Source of the DNA: Geosiphon pyriformis uo1
Lineage: Eukaryota; Fungi; Glomeromycota
Assembly (NCBI GenBank): GCA_016748015.1
Contig: JAAOMT010000602.1
Span: forward strand, 261,696-325,695
Length of the DNA: 64,000 nt
Reading direction: 5' to 3'
Shown here: in pieces, positions 40,375 to 53,554 of the stretch
How the letters are laid out: each line of letters begins with the position of its first letter
Numbering within the stretch: the first letter of the stretch is position 1
The notes under the pieces: generated by a model
Told to the model about the DNA's origin: nothing
Database searches by the model: none
The model's input: the letters and a program-made list of their open reading frames with translations, nothing else
Program-made: the position numbers and the translations under genes

Positions 40375-40686
40375 TTAATTATTATTATTTTAATTATAAA
40401 AATTTGTGATGAATCAAGTTTAGAAGTAGCTTTGATCAAATCTCATTGTTCGATGCATGAAAGTATCTTAAAAAGTTTATAAATATTTATTATTTAGATG
40501 ATTTCGTCAGTGCGTTTTTTCGTAAACGCTTTTCATCAATATATATATGTGAGTTTTTAATTACTATTCAAGTCAAATAATAATCCATTACACATTCATT
40601 TTCTTTGATTATTGGAGAAAACCTTTTTTTCAAAATAAAAATATATGCATCATATTTAAAGACGTATAATATCCCATTGAATTTTA

Positions 40687-40726
<40 letters not shown>

Positions 40727-41454
40727 TATCTTTATTGTTCAAGGGAGCTTACATAAAATTAAATCAATTGAATCATTTCTTATAAATGAAAAAAATAAAA
40801 ATAAACTGATCAATCGAGGTTCTATTTTAACACAAAAGAATTATTTCTCATTTTGATGACATTTTTGATAAATTCGGTCGAATTTGATCAGAAAACAAAA
40901 AGTGAACTGAATTATGATTTTTATAAAACAAATCTTTATCTTGAATATAAGATATCTATTTTTTTTTCTTTACTTACTAGACTACCACTACCATACGAAC
41001 AAAAAATATAAAGTACAAAATAAAAAGTTCCTTTAAAGGTTAATTTCTGAAATGATTCAAAACTAATTTTTTATTTTTCATCATTTACTATATTCCCCAA
41101 ATTTTGTTTCCGATGAAATGTTTAATAAAACACAATATATAATCCCCATTTTTATCTCACATGAAACTAATATTCTCTCGATTGATGCAAACTACTGATC
41201 ATGATGATGATTAATGCTTATACCATGTGCGCTGACACTTGTATCATAATCGTATCTCTCTATTGATGTATTATCAATTTTTAATAACTTTTTTTACTTA
41301 GTAAATTAATCTCTTTTACATATGTGGTTTCAATGAAATTTTTTTTTAGTTTCGGAAAGAATAATTGATTAAATCCCAAAAGGCTACTGTGGGATCATGA
41401 TTTGTTTCTTGATTTAAACATGTCAGACTCAAACACACACATCATGTATGAAAT

Positions 41455-41522
41455 ATAATAATACAATATTAATATAATATAATATAATATAATATAATAT
41501 AATATAATATAATATAATATAT
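41455..41522. repeat. (AATAT)n microsatellite
   Basis: Direct inspection. Confidence 0.93.
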
Positions 41523-42632
41523 ATTAATTTTTTAACTTTTGATAATTAAATACTATGGGTTCTTCTTATCTTTATTAAACAAAAGTACATATATATAAAT
41601 TATAGAATACTCCCCATTCTATCATCTTAATTTCTTTTCTAATCTATTTTTTGCTAGATCACACACAGAAAGAGAAAAAACCCCCCCCCCCCCTCCACTA
41701 ATTATTTTTTCTGTTTGCTCGGTTTGGATCAACTAACTCGTTAAGTTCTATTAACTACTGACTCATTTCAAACATATATAAATCTATTAAAAACACGAGT
41801 TTCTTGGAATTTGGGTTTTTTTTAAAACAAAAGTCCCTTTCTTTTCTTTAAAAAAATTTCAAAGCTAGTCTTTTAATGTGCCTTTTGCTCGGTGTGCAAG
41901 GCTCTCTATATTTTAAAATTTGAATATAAAAAAATAGAAATCAATATAACTTTAAAAAATTGTTAGATTTTCTTATTCATTCTTTATTTTTATTTTTTCC
42001 CATTTCTTTAAGAAAACTCAAGCCAACCGGAATTTTTTTCTGATATTTCTTACAGTTGATTTGTAACAAAGTTTATTACACGTACAAAAAGATTGTTTTT
42101 TTTTGTTTCTTTTTTTACTTTATTTATTTTTTTTTATGCGTCTTTTTTGCGCGATTTTATATATTGACCCACCTACCGAATCTCTTATTGGTGCGCTTTC
42201 TTTATATAATTAAATATTCCCACGTCTTTCTATTTGATTCTTTTTCTTAAAATTTTATATCCAACCTCATTTTTACCTGTTATTTTTTTTAAACTATAAC
42301 AACACACACACATAAGATAAATCATTTCCCTGATTCTCTCTTGGTTTGACAACAAATTTGTTACCACGTTTTTCTAATTCTTTTTTATCCAAGAAAAAAA
42401 ACAATCAAACACAACGCGAGAATACAAGCATCTACACAGAAGCACAGACAGATATTATTGAATCCGCATATAGTTGCATTAAAACTTTTTTAAAACTCGT
42501 GTAAACATATATAGCAACTCAAAATTTTTGGTTGAGAGAGTGACAACTCTCCTTTTTTTTTTTTTTTGTTGTTTTATGACTTTTAGCTCTCGTGATTCCC
42601 ATTAAGTTTCAACGTCTCTTTCCCGGTTCTTG

Positions 42633-42712
42633 CATCATCATCATCATAATCATCATTATCATTTATCATTATCATCATCATTATCATCATCATCATCATC
42701 ATCATCATTCAT
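42633..42712. repeat. (CAT)n degenerate microsatellite
   Basis: Direct inspection. Confidence 0.93.
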
Positions 42713-43158
42713 TAATATCCTCCTGTATACTCTAAAACTCGAAATTAGCTTTTAACTTCCTGTCTATATGGAAAAGAAGTTCTTCATCTGAAAAGCTACA
42801 ATAGCTCAATTAAAAACAGCATTATAAATAGTAAAGTCCACGTGTACGTCAGTTTGGAAACAGAGATCAAGAAATTTTTTATTCTAATTTTCTTTCTTTT
42901 AACCAACGTTCCCAATTGAAACGTTTAAGCACAAAATTGGAATCATTTTTTTGGATTTTTCTATAAATTTACGAAATTTCGCAAGACCTTGCGATTTTAT
43001 TTTGTCACGTCATTCTTTTCAATTTTCTTTCCCAGAAATTTTCAATTTTCAATTTATTATCCATTCTTTTTTTTTACTTTTTACAACCCATCCACCCACC
43101 CACATTCAATAATCACACACAATATTCCTCTACCAAATATTTGCGAGAAAACAAAGCA

Positions 43159-43199
<41 letters not shown>

Positions 43200-43335
43200 T
43201 ATTCTGATTTAATCCCCTATATCAACCTACCTTCACACACCCTTAATTTCTCATAACTTTTTATTCCCCACACGCGCGCTTTCTCTTTTTTGCTAGAAAA
43301 AAAGTTACCTTCAACAAAATTATACGATCTAAAAG

Positions 43336-44788
43336 ATGGATATCAAAAGTATTCTAAATATCCCTACAAGTCCGGCTTCAAGTTTATCTTCCGAATCAAA
43401 TACCGACTCTGAAGCTGGGACGATGGTTGACAGCCGTCATCGCCCTTACGGATGTAATTGGAATGAATGTCAAAAAGCCTTCTCAAGACGTTCTGACCTA
43501 GCCAGGCATAAAAGGATCCATACTGGAGAGCGCCCTTTTCATTGTGACTGGAATGGTTGTCGAAAGCAATTCATCCAACGTTCCGCCTTAACTGTTCATT
43601 ATCGTACACACACAGGTGAACGTCCCCATAGTTGCGAGCATCTCGGCTGCAATAAGTCTTTTAGTGACGTAAGTATCATTATCTGAATTTTTTCTACTTG
43701 AAACCTTTTTTCTCATTACAATTTCAACAAGGTTTTGTGCACTTATCTTTTAACGAATCATTCAATTCATTTTTTTTTCTCAAGACAATATTTCAAAAAT
43801 TCTACGGAATTATTCTAAACTTTATTTTCTTCTCAAAAAAATTTAACTCACGCCCCCCTCCCCCACACTATTTCCTTTTTAGTTTCTTTTTTTTTCCGTT
43901 TAAACTCTCCCCTTATTTTTTATTGTTTTTCGGGCGTATTTGGTCATGAATTTATGTCATGAGATGTAAAAAAGAGCTCCTTTAACTAATTTCTTTCCCT
44001 GTGTGTTCAAATGCTTGAATTAGCCCATTCCAGCCAATTTTGTGCATATTATTTCATCACCATTGATTCGTGTAATATTGTGTTAATTTTTGTCTTACTT
44101 CATTTTCCCCAATCGTATTTTTCCACATCTACAGTCCTCTTCTTTGGCAAGGCATCGTCGGACACACAGTGGGAAACGTCCATATCAGTGCCCTCATCCT
44201 GGCTGTGGTAAGACATTTACCCGGCGAACGACCTTGACCAGACACCAAAAAACAAATCATGATCAAAGCTGGAAAGAATGCAATACGTAAGCATTCAATC
44301 ATCCATTTTTCATGCACGAGTTTTTGATATCGTAATTATTAAATTGAATATTGAAATCTTATCAAAATGTTTTCGTTTATACTTTTTCCAGTGCGTTCGA
44401 ATCTAATAAACAGCAGCAGCCATTAATTTCGGATTACCAATCAGAGGTTTGTCATAGCCACCATCTAAATGTGGCAAATAAAGTTTACACAGCACCACCA
44501 AGTCCACCGATATCTTCCGATTATCCCTTATATCGATCCATCCCAACGAAATATCAGCATGACTCTCGATATAACAGCGATCAGTGCTGTGATTCTGCTC
44601 TGTGCTCGAATGGTTCAAGTTCAAGATTGTCGAATACCGGACTTAATGTTTCAACGACGTCATTATTTAAGCCTTATAAGGAGCAATCACAAGACGTTAA
44701 CGAAATCTATAGGTTTGGATATCCATCCCCGGTCGAAAGGCCAATCCCATTAAAAAACCAACAAGACCTATTTTCGCTTCAACTCTAA
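43336..44788 (+). CDS. C2H2 zinc-finger transcription factor (4 tandem fingers), 3 exons
   Basis: Exons 43336-43668, 44135-44286, 44392-44788. Fingers [58 protein letters not shown]|[11 protein letters not shown] and [24 protein letters not shown], with TGERP/SGKRP linkers. Pro/Ser-rich C-terminus. Confidence 0.95.
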
Positions 44789-46769
44789 AGAGTTTTTATC
44801 ACCTGAACATTTTTTTCGAATTTCTCTACCCTTTTTTTCATCTCACACCACTACCTATCAGCATATTTACTTTTAATGATTATATAGAAATAAGGGAAGT
44901 TCGGGAATCGATTTTCGATGAACACTTTAAATCCCAATTTCTGGATCACACCGTTTTGACAATATTTATTTTTTGAATATTCGACGCGACATCCTTTTTT
45001 TTTTGTAAATTCGTGATGAAACCCGTAAAAAGAAAAATTAGCACCCTTCCCGTTACCCGAAAAATTTTATGCCAGTTACTCAATTGTTTTGACGTGCCAT
45101 TGCATTTTATTTCACCCCCAACATATACGCCAATTTTTTACAACCCAAAAACGCACCTTTCAAATACGCATGCATCATTAGAATCTCTATAGAACTGATT
45201 TTACCACACATTTGTAAGATACAAACAATTTCATCCTCATTGACAACCAATCTCAATTTTCATTATATAGACCATTTCAATGTATACATACATAAAACAA
45301 ACCAACCAACAAACCAACAAAAAAACAAACAAACAAACAACAAACATAACTAAAGAGAAGAATTTAAAACTCCAATTCACTTTCTATGCTTTGCTACACC
45401 CTTTCATTTTTTATTTAAAATTCTCTCTTTCATACACTATATTTGCATTATCATTTTCCCTTTTTAGAGATATGGGCATACTTTTCTAGCCGGTTGATTA
45501 CAATTGAGGTTTTATTCTGAAATTTTTATTTTTAAGGCAGAGAATGTCATAGCTCTCAATTTATGTGCCAGTTAGCGTGTCTAAATTTCATTTTTTGACC
45601 CACGTTATTACATTTTTTAAAATAATTTCTTATTTTTTTCCTCTTTGCGCCCAAAAGATCTATCCACTTTTTAGTATATTTCGCATTCCACTTACCGAAA
45701 ATTTTAGGTTTGAACCACGATCTGCTATGACATTCATGACCTCCTACCCCTATTGTTTTCAACAGCTGCGAAAGTATGATTCCCATCACCAAAATTATAA
45801 TTTTAATATATACATAATAGAGTTCCTTTAATTTAGTTTCTAGAAATTATTCTCAAAAACCCAGTTGAATAGTGATCCCAAGTTTCCCTAAAGTTAAATC
45901 CATAAAATGATAAATTTTGAAAAGCTTACATAAAATTCCAAGAATATATACCAGAAATGAATGATAGAAGTACAAAAGTCTTTTTTGCAAAAATAATTTT
46001 AAATTTTGATTCATATCTGAAATATCGAATTTAATATTTTGATAATGTTTGGAAAATTTTTAAAACACCAAGACACAATTAACCTAAAATTGTAAGTTGG
46101 ATTAAAAGTTTAAGTGTTTTTGGATTTCAACGTTTGTCTATCAAAAAAATGATTCCATTTTGTCAGGAAAATCGTTGAATTTCAAAATTATCCTAGAAAT
46201 TATTTCGAAATTTCTTGGAGAAACAAGCTCAGAGTGAGACTATGAAAATTTTTGAATTTCAATAGATCAGTTAATAAAAAATAGACATGAACAAAATTCA
46301 TTCAGATGTTTATATATTTTCTGAACAACCAGTAAGAATATTTTTTGATAGCCTCTATTAATCTTCGTTGTGTTTAAGGATAAATCAGGTAAATTTAATT
46401 TCTAAGTTACAACCAAACATTTCTTGATATTAATAATTGGTTCTCGTGAAAAAAAGTTAAATATTAAATTACTTGAGAGTTTTTGGTATTTAGTTGACTT
46501 CTGATAAAAGCAATTTTTAATTAAAATAAATTTTTCTAGGATAATAGGATTATCGACTAATTGAAAATCTTCTGACTGTTTTCAAAAAAAAAATTTTCGA
46601 GATTTCCTGTGTGACACCATTATTATTAATTGATCATCGAAATAAATTCGTTTCTAATTATTAAATAAAAAATAGTTTTATTTTGATTAAAAGTTAATGA
46701 ATTGGCAGATTTTAAGAAGGTTAAAAATCAGTAAAAATTCGCGATTAAAACATTTTGTAAAATGCAATG

Positions 46770-46773
<4 letters not shown>

Positions 46774-46819
<46 letters not shown>
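46774..46819. repeat. Poly-A tract (about 46 nt)
   Basis: Direct inspection. Confidence 0.95.
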
Positions 46820-46823
<4 letters not shown>

Positions 46824-47703
46824 TTTTTTATGAAAACAACTTGATGCCACATATCAAAATTTTCCTGAACTTATTCAATTGTTTCTCGAGATTTGACACC
46901 AAAAAAAAAACCTCTATACTCTAATACGATTAAGATAACCTCAAATTTTAACAAGTCCAAAAAGTGCAAAAACTCTATTAGTTTTATGCTCCACTGAATT
47001 AAAGTTGTCATTTTTTTCTAATGAAAGATATATAAAAACCATTAAATCGCTTATTATTATTATTATTATTATTATTAAATAAATAAATAAATCTAGAAAA
47101 CATATTTGTATTATTATAAAAAATTTAAAATTTAACAACTTTTTATCACCAACCTCCATGTACATTTAAAAAACTAATTTTCAATTATTGAGGTTTTATT
47201 TGAGTCTTCATATGAATATGAATATCTAATTTATAAAAAACATGGAAACAAGAATTGAGAAATGATAAAAAGTCAAAATGAGAGATTGAATCGATAATTA
47301 ATAGTCTAATAATTTGTAAATGCACAAAAGTTAAAAAAAACTAAAAATCAAAAGATCAATTAGGTAAAATGTTGACCAAAAAATTTATTTATTAATCATG
47401 AATTATTCTAAATCAGATTAAATAAGAAAAAAAATATTCAAGTATAATGATTTTAAAATAAATATGGGGTAGTGTTAATTTAATTGTTTAAAAATGAAAA
47501 AAATTTTCTCTTTAATTTTTATGCTTTAATTATCAAATGTTTAAGAGATATATTAATTTTTTTTTTTACTAAAATTAATAAAAAATGGGACTTTTAATTT
47601 ATATTAATCCCTTAGAAATTTAAATACTATTTTTATTGTGCTCAAATATTATAAAGTTAAAAAATTTTTGAATTTAAATAGCTTGAACTTTTATTAAAAT
47701 TTA

Positions 47704-47736
<33 letters not shown>

Positions 47737-49869
47737 CAATCATAATAATAATAATAAATTAGTGCAATAAACATGCTTAATATTATCATTGAACGATTAT
47801 TTAATGAACATCCTAGAATAAAACGCACATTTTGTATTATTAGATATACTTAAAGCCCAATGCTATTTAATTTTGCCCCTAACGTTTTATATTCAATATA
47901 AAGGAAAATTAAGTTTAACAAATACTGTATTGTTATTGTCGGATTTTTTTAAAGAAAAAACACTTTTTATAAATTATAGAAACAAATTACAATAAAGGCT
48001 TAGAACAAAATTACTTATCTAAGCACGAGTAAAATTCAAGAAACATATAATACTTCATTTAAAACATTCTGGTGATGAACTGCTTCGAAAAAGGTGACTA
48101 TTATTAAAATACTAGGAGAAAAACATTTTTTTCCGATTATAGATGTACACACACAAAGCCTTTAAAAATAACCAGCAGTCAAAATTTATTTAAAAAGTCA
48201 AGATTTGTTACGCTATTTAGACCATCAACAAAGTGATGGCTATCCAAAAAAAAATAACAAGTTGACATATAATAAAATATATAAAAATAATATAAATAAA
48301 AAAATAATTTGATAAAAAAAAACAAATTGAAATGTGTAAATAATCCAATTAAAAAAGTTATTTTTAAAATCTAAATTTTTATAAATTGTTAAATGTATAG
48401 TTTATTATTTTTATGGGTTTAAAAAGTTTTGTTTACATTCTTAATATAAAAAATTAATAAACAAGTTAAAAATTAAGTTAACAATTATATTAATATAATA
48501 TTTCTGACATATATTATAATAAATTACATTTTAAGAAAATAAAACAAGAATTTTTTTTTTAAAATATTAGACATTAAAAAAAGAAACAAAAATTTTATCA
48601 ATCAAAAAGTAATCTATTTGTCTTTTTTTCTTTTGGAAAAACAATAAAAATGACTTAAAATAAATTTAAAATTAGTGTTTTTCTACAATTCAAAAAAACA
48701 TAAAAATATTACAAAAAAAATTATTTAATAAAATATTTTAAAGTTTTTAATCTTAAAAATAATAAAAAATAGTTTTAAAAACAGAATATAATATTTATAA
48801 TAAAAGTTATAAAGTCATAAAATAAATTTTTCAACAAATATACAATCAATTTTTTTTTAAAAAAAATTTTTGTTAACAATTGGTAATGTAATATTTTAAA
48901 TATTGAACCAAATTTGTAGTAATTTCTATTTTACTCTAAAATATAAACAGCTAAATTTTTTTAACAAATATTTAATATAATAATTATCTTTTAAAAAATT
49001 AGGTTGTTAAATTTTATTTTTTTATATTAATTCAATTAAGAATTTGAATTGTAAAACAAGCAAAACAATACAAATCATATTGTGTTATGCTCTGCATTTA
49101 TAAAAAATCTATTATTTTATAAATAGTTGTTATTACAAACTTACTAAATGGCTTTGTAAAAACCATTATATAATATTGTTATTTAAATTCTAAATACAAA
49201 AAACAATTAAACATAATTAGCAATGTATTTAATTCAAGACTTCAAAACAATATAAACATAATTATATTGGCATTTTTTGAGATATGATATGAAATTTATC
49301 CTAAATTTCATATCAGTTTTTTTATATCTTTTTCATAAAACAAGCAATGTTAGTTTAATAAAAACAAAAAATAAAGATTTCAAAAAATCAAGTAATCTTA
49401 AATTAATATATTATGCTGTAAATTTTTTTAATGAGGACCTTATCATTATTTGAAATAAATCTCTGAAAACAGTCATGATTATTGTTTCCAACCTTTTCTC
49501 TTGAATTTTTTGAAATAAATAGCTTTTTTAAAAAAATTGCTCAATTGTTAATTATGAATTCAAATACATTTTTAATTGCAAACTGTGATTTTTTTGTTAT
49601 TTACATAAATAAATTGTATTTTGAATTTTGGTTTTACACAGTAGTAAATAAGTTTGGACCTTTATTTAATATCTCAAGCAAAATATTCACAAGAATTTTG
49701 GCTTATATAAAAACTACGTAAGCAAAGTAAAAGAATATGTTTATTTCGGGTAAATTCATAACCGAAGATGATAAAAAGTAAAAATAGGTATAGCAATTAA
49801 CACAGATATCAAAGTTATTTAGAAATATGAATTTGAATAAATAAAATATTTACAGCAACTGTCCTACTG

Positions 49870-50448
49870 CTACTGATCATCAACATCATCAACGTCAATA
49901 ACTTCATCATCATCATCATCGTTTGAATAAATTTCATAGAATTGAGATTTCGCTCTCGCTCTTTCTTTTCCTTTTTGCTTTCCCTTTCCTCTGCTTTTAT
50001 CAATCAATGACTCAGAGTCTTCTTCAATTTTACCCATAAATACAGAATTAAATTTTGTACTCAATTTATTTGTTAATGGTTTTCGATTGAACGTTGGTTG
50101 AGTAAAGAATTTCCGATAATTATTTGATGATTCCATATGAATATCAGATAAATCATGCATATTTTTTGAACTACGAAGTCGCCGTTTTAAGAAGTTGAAT
50201 CTTGATTTTTGACCGTTAAAAGTAAAATATTTACGTGAGCATGTTTGTGATTTTGAGACTCTTGGTATTAATTTGGATGAGTAATTTTCCGTATTGAGAA
50301 CTGCTGCTGATGATTTGGAGGACTGTGATGGGATTGATGCAGAAAATTTGGTAGAGCTTGTATCATTTTTGTTTCGTGCAGGAAAAGAAACATTTTTGAA
50401 AGCATGTTTGAAGTAATGGTCATAATCAGTGAAAAGAGTAGAAAACAT
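49870..50448 (-). CDS. Hypothetical low-complexity protein (Ser/Lys/Arg-rich, acidic C-terminus), single exon
   Basis: About 190 open codons from the ATG at 50448 in an AT-rich context. Basic patches (LKRRLR, KSRGKGKQKGKER) and a poly-Asp tail. No domain recognised. Confidence 0.6.
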   Translation of the reverse strand: MFSTLFTDYDHYFKHAFKNVSFPARNKNDTSSTKFSASIPSQSSKSSAAVLNTENYSSKLIPRVSKSQTCSRKYFTFNGQKSRFNFLKRRLRSSKNMHDLSDIHMESSNNYRKFFTQPTFNRKPLTNKLSTKFNSVFMGKIEEDSESLIDKSRGKGKQKGKERARAKSQFYEIYSNDDDDDEVIDVDDVDDQ

Positions 50449-53400
50449 GGCGAGAAATGAATTTGAAAAAGATTCTTTCTTTTTTATATTTATCACGAGA
50501 GGTGGATGGATTAAATTTTAGATTGGGATGTTTTCTTTCAAACAATCAAAATTTTGTGTCATAAGTTTTTTTCAAACTTTTTGGCCATATATTCCCCTCA
50601 TTATAATTCAGGGTTCAAGGTTATAAACGGAAGCCAAAAAGTCCCTAACTCAACTTCTCAAGTTGACACTCTTTTATATTTCATAATCTCTGGAACTTAA
50701 TTCTGAATACAACAAAAAAGTTATACTTCGGGTACAAGGTTTTACAGTGGCAAGACAAATTAATCCTTAAACAAGTTCACGGGTATTTCTCCGTAAAAAT
50801 GACATCATCCTCTGTGAATTTTAGAAAATTCAGGATATCGCGTGAACTATTTCATTCAAGATCTTCATCAGGTATTAAACTTTAAAATTTGTGATATCTT
50901 AACAGTTTTGGGAGAGAAACGGTAAATTTATTATCTAGATGGATAAAATTTTCAAATTAAAACAAGGAGAAAAAGTAAAGTGTTTATTTCCTCTTAGTAA
51001 GTGTGAAATTTAATAAAAATAATCAAAACTGCTTATTTGTAAAAAAATTTTCACAAAAAAAGTTCATTGATTAAACAAGAAATTAAACCGTTTTCATTTG
51101 GCCTTGATTTATTAACTCAAGTTTATTTCATTCACAATGAGCATTAAACTTTGTCATTTTAAAATTTTTTGGCAAGATAGTCATCATAATTCTCGTAAAT
51201 TGTGGGGTGACTTCAAAAAAGAAAATCTTCGTTTTCACAATGATAAAATACAGTCAATAGAAATTTTATATTTCGTATGCATTCAGCTACAGACAGGTAA
51301 CCGTCATTAATCTCAAAGTCTTGAACTTTTTTTACATTTATAACCTAAATATTAACTTTCAGAAAGATTTTGGCTATGATACGCTACTCTTATATGAAAA
51401 ATGATTAAAACCACTAAAAGTCAAGTAGAGTTTGATAGTATTTTTTTTTAAAATAACAAAATCCTCGAATTGGATATGGGAATTCAATTTTTAATAATAA
51501 CCAACTTAATTTAATTTAGTAAACTAGAATTTATAAATAGAGCATTTTTTTTTGAGCTCCCATCCTTTAATTCTTCAAATTTTTTTAATACACAAAAGAA
51601 CATTATAAATTTTGTGTACACCCCTGAAAGATCTTTCAAAAATACTTTAAAACGTAACAAATCATTCGACTTCAATCATGCCAATCGCTCTGCTTCAAGG
51701 ATTTAAATATCGAGGGACAGAATTATCATCCACCTAAAAGAAAGAAAGAAAGAATTTATAAATATATAGAGCTTATATTACTATATAAAGGTAATATATA
51801 TAAAATACGCTTATTAAAATGTAAAACTCTAAAATTACTTATCTCTTGATAATTACCGATCTGAGGCACCAAGATTCTTTAGAAATGTGAATGAACTGAT
51901 GTTAGGTTCTTCTTGGACATGACAATAAAATCATTTCAAGTAATTCATTCCAGTAATTTTTCTGCACAAATACAATTTTTCACCAATTCATTTTTTTCGA
52001 AATGGTTTCAACGACCATTTTGTTTAACAAGTGCTTCATTATATGCTGATCAAATATTATTAGTGAATAATGAAAAAGAAATTCTTCCTCTCAATGACGA
52101 TTCCCAGAGCTTGTTTAAAGTCATTTTACTAAAAATTCAAACGGAGGAAAAATCTAACTCAAAGCTCATACAGAAATGCTCTGAACTTACAATTTCACCA
52201 CGAATACCAAGCGGTATTGATATTGATTTTTTGTGTATTCATGAGAAATAACTCGTTTTTTGCAAGTCATTGGAAGATCGTCGTGATGTCTTTTCTCGTT
52301 AACGAATTTTTAACTAATAAAGGCCAGGAATTTGATTTTCGCACAATTTTTTTTAATAGGAAGAGAATAATTGTAGAGCACTTGGAAAATCTCACCTGGA
52401 TTAAAAATACATTTAGGATAAATTATCTAGAAATTTGATCTAGTCAAAGTTGAGTAGCATGAATTCATTTTGTGAAAAACTTAAAAACTTGAACCACTGT
52501 TTGACGAGTTACATCTAAGGAGCTAAAGACTTTTATTGACGATAACAAAAAAATTTATTATATTTTCAAGATATTGGATGCTCAATAAAATTATTTTAAC
52601 CACACAGAATACATTTTCAATGAATGCGTATAAATGAAGCTGATTCGATTCGATTTGTAGCATTTGTACAAACGATTCCCTCTTTTGTACAAGAGTTTTT
52701 CTAAAATAAGAATTATAACAAATTGGAGTAGAATACGAGTTAGGGAAATCCTTTATCTAGCGATTCTGTAACCTTGTACTAACTTTTCCAATCTTTTGAG
52801 GCATAACTTGAAATTAAATTGATCACAAATATAACAGTAAAAAATATGTTCGATTTTTAATTCCAGGGGTCTTTAAGTAAATGGGCTTTAATTTTTATTT
52901 AAATATATTTTGAATTTCTCTCAATCCTGTATTAAGCAATTTTAAAAAATAAAAATAAAAATTGTCCAAGTAAAACATATTCAAGTGATTTTTTCAAAAT
53001 CTTTAGAGAGTTGAATTCAAGAGATTTTAACCTTCTTGCACAATAATAAGATTCCCTTATTTTAATATAAATAAGAATAAATCTATTTAATCTGGATAAA
53101 GTATTAAAGTTAACTATTGGATTTAGTCTTTTAACCATGTCTCTAGGAAAAACTTAAAGTCATAATTAATATATTCTTCAATGAATTATTGTTTTTTTCA
53201 AACTTTAAATATGAATTTTAATATCTTTTCAAAATTATTTTTATCTTTATATTATTATTATTATTATTAGACTTTATTTTAATTTGATTATTGCATTATT
53301 TATTAAAAAAAATTGGTTCCAATCGTTTCCTTTTCTAAAAAATTTATTTACAACCAAAGTTTACCAAAATTTTTCTTCGAATACAAAAAGATAACTTTAT

Positions 53401-53554
53401 AGCTTGTTGAGATAAATAAATTTATATTTGATTAGAAGAGAAATTCCTTTTTCTTAAAATTTGTATTTAGCAATCTGTATTCAAGTGAAAGAAATTTTAT
53501 AATATTTATTCTATCTTTTATTTCATTTGAAATTTTTTACGAGCTATTATCGTA

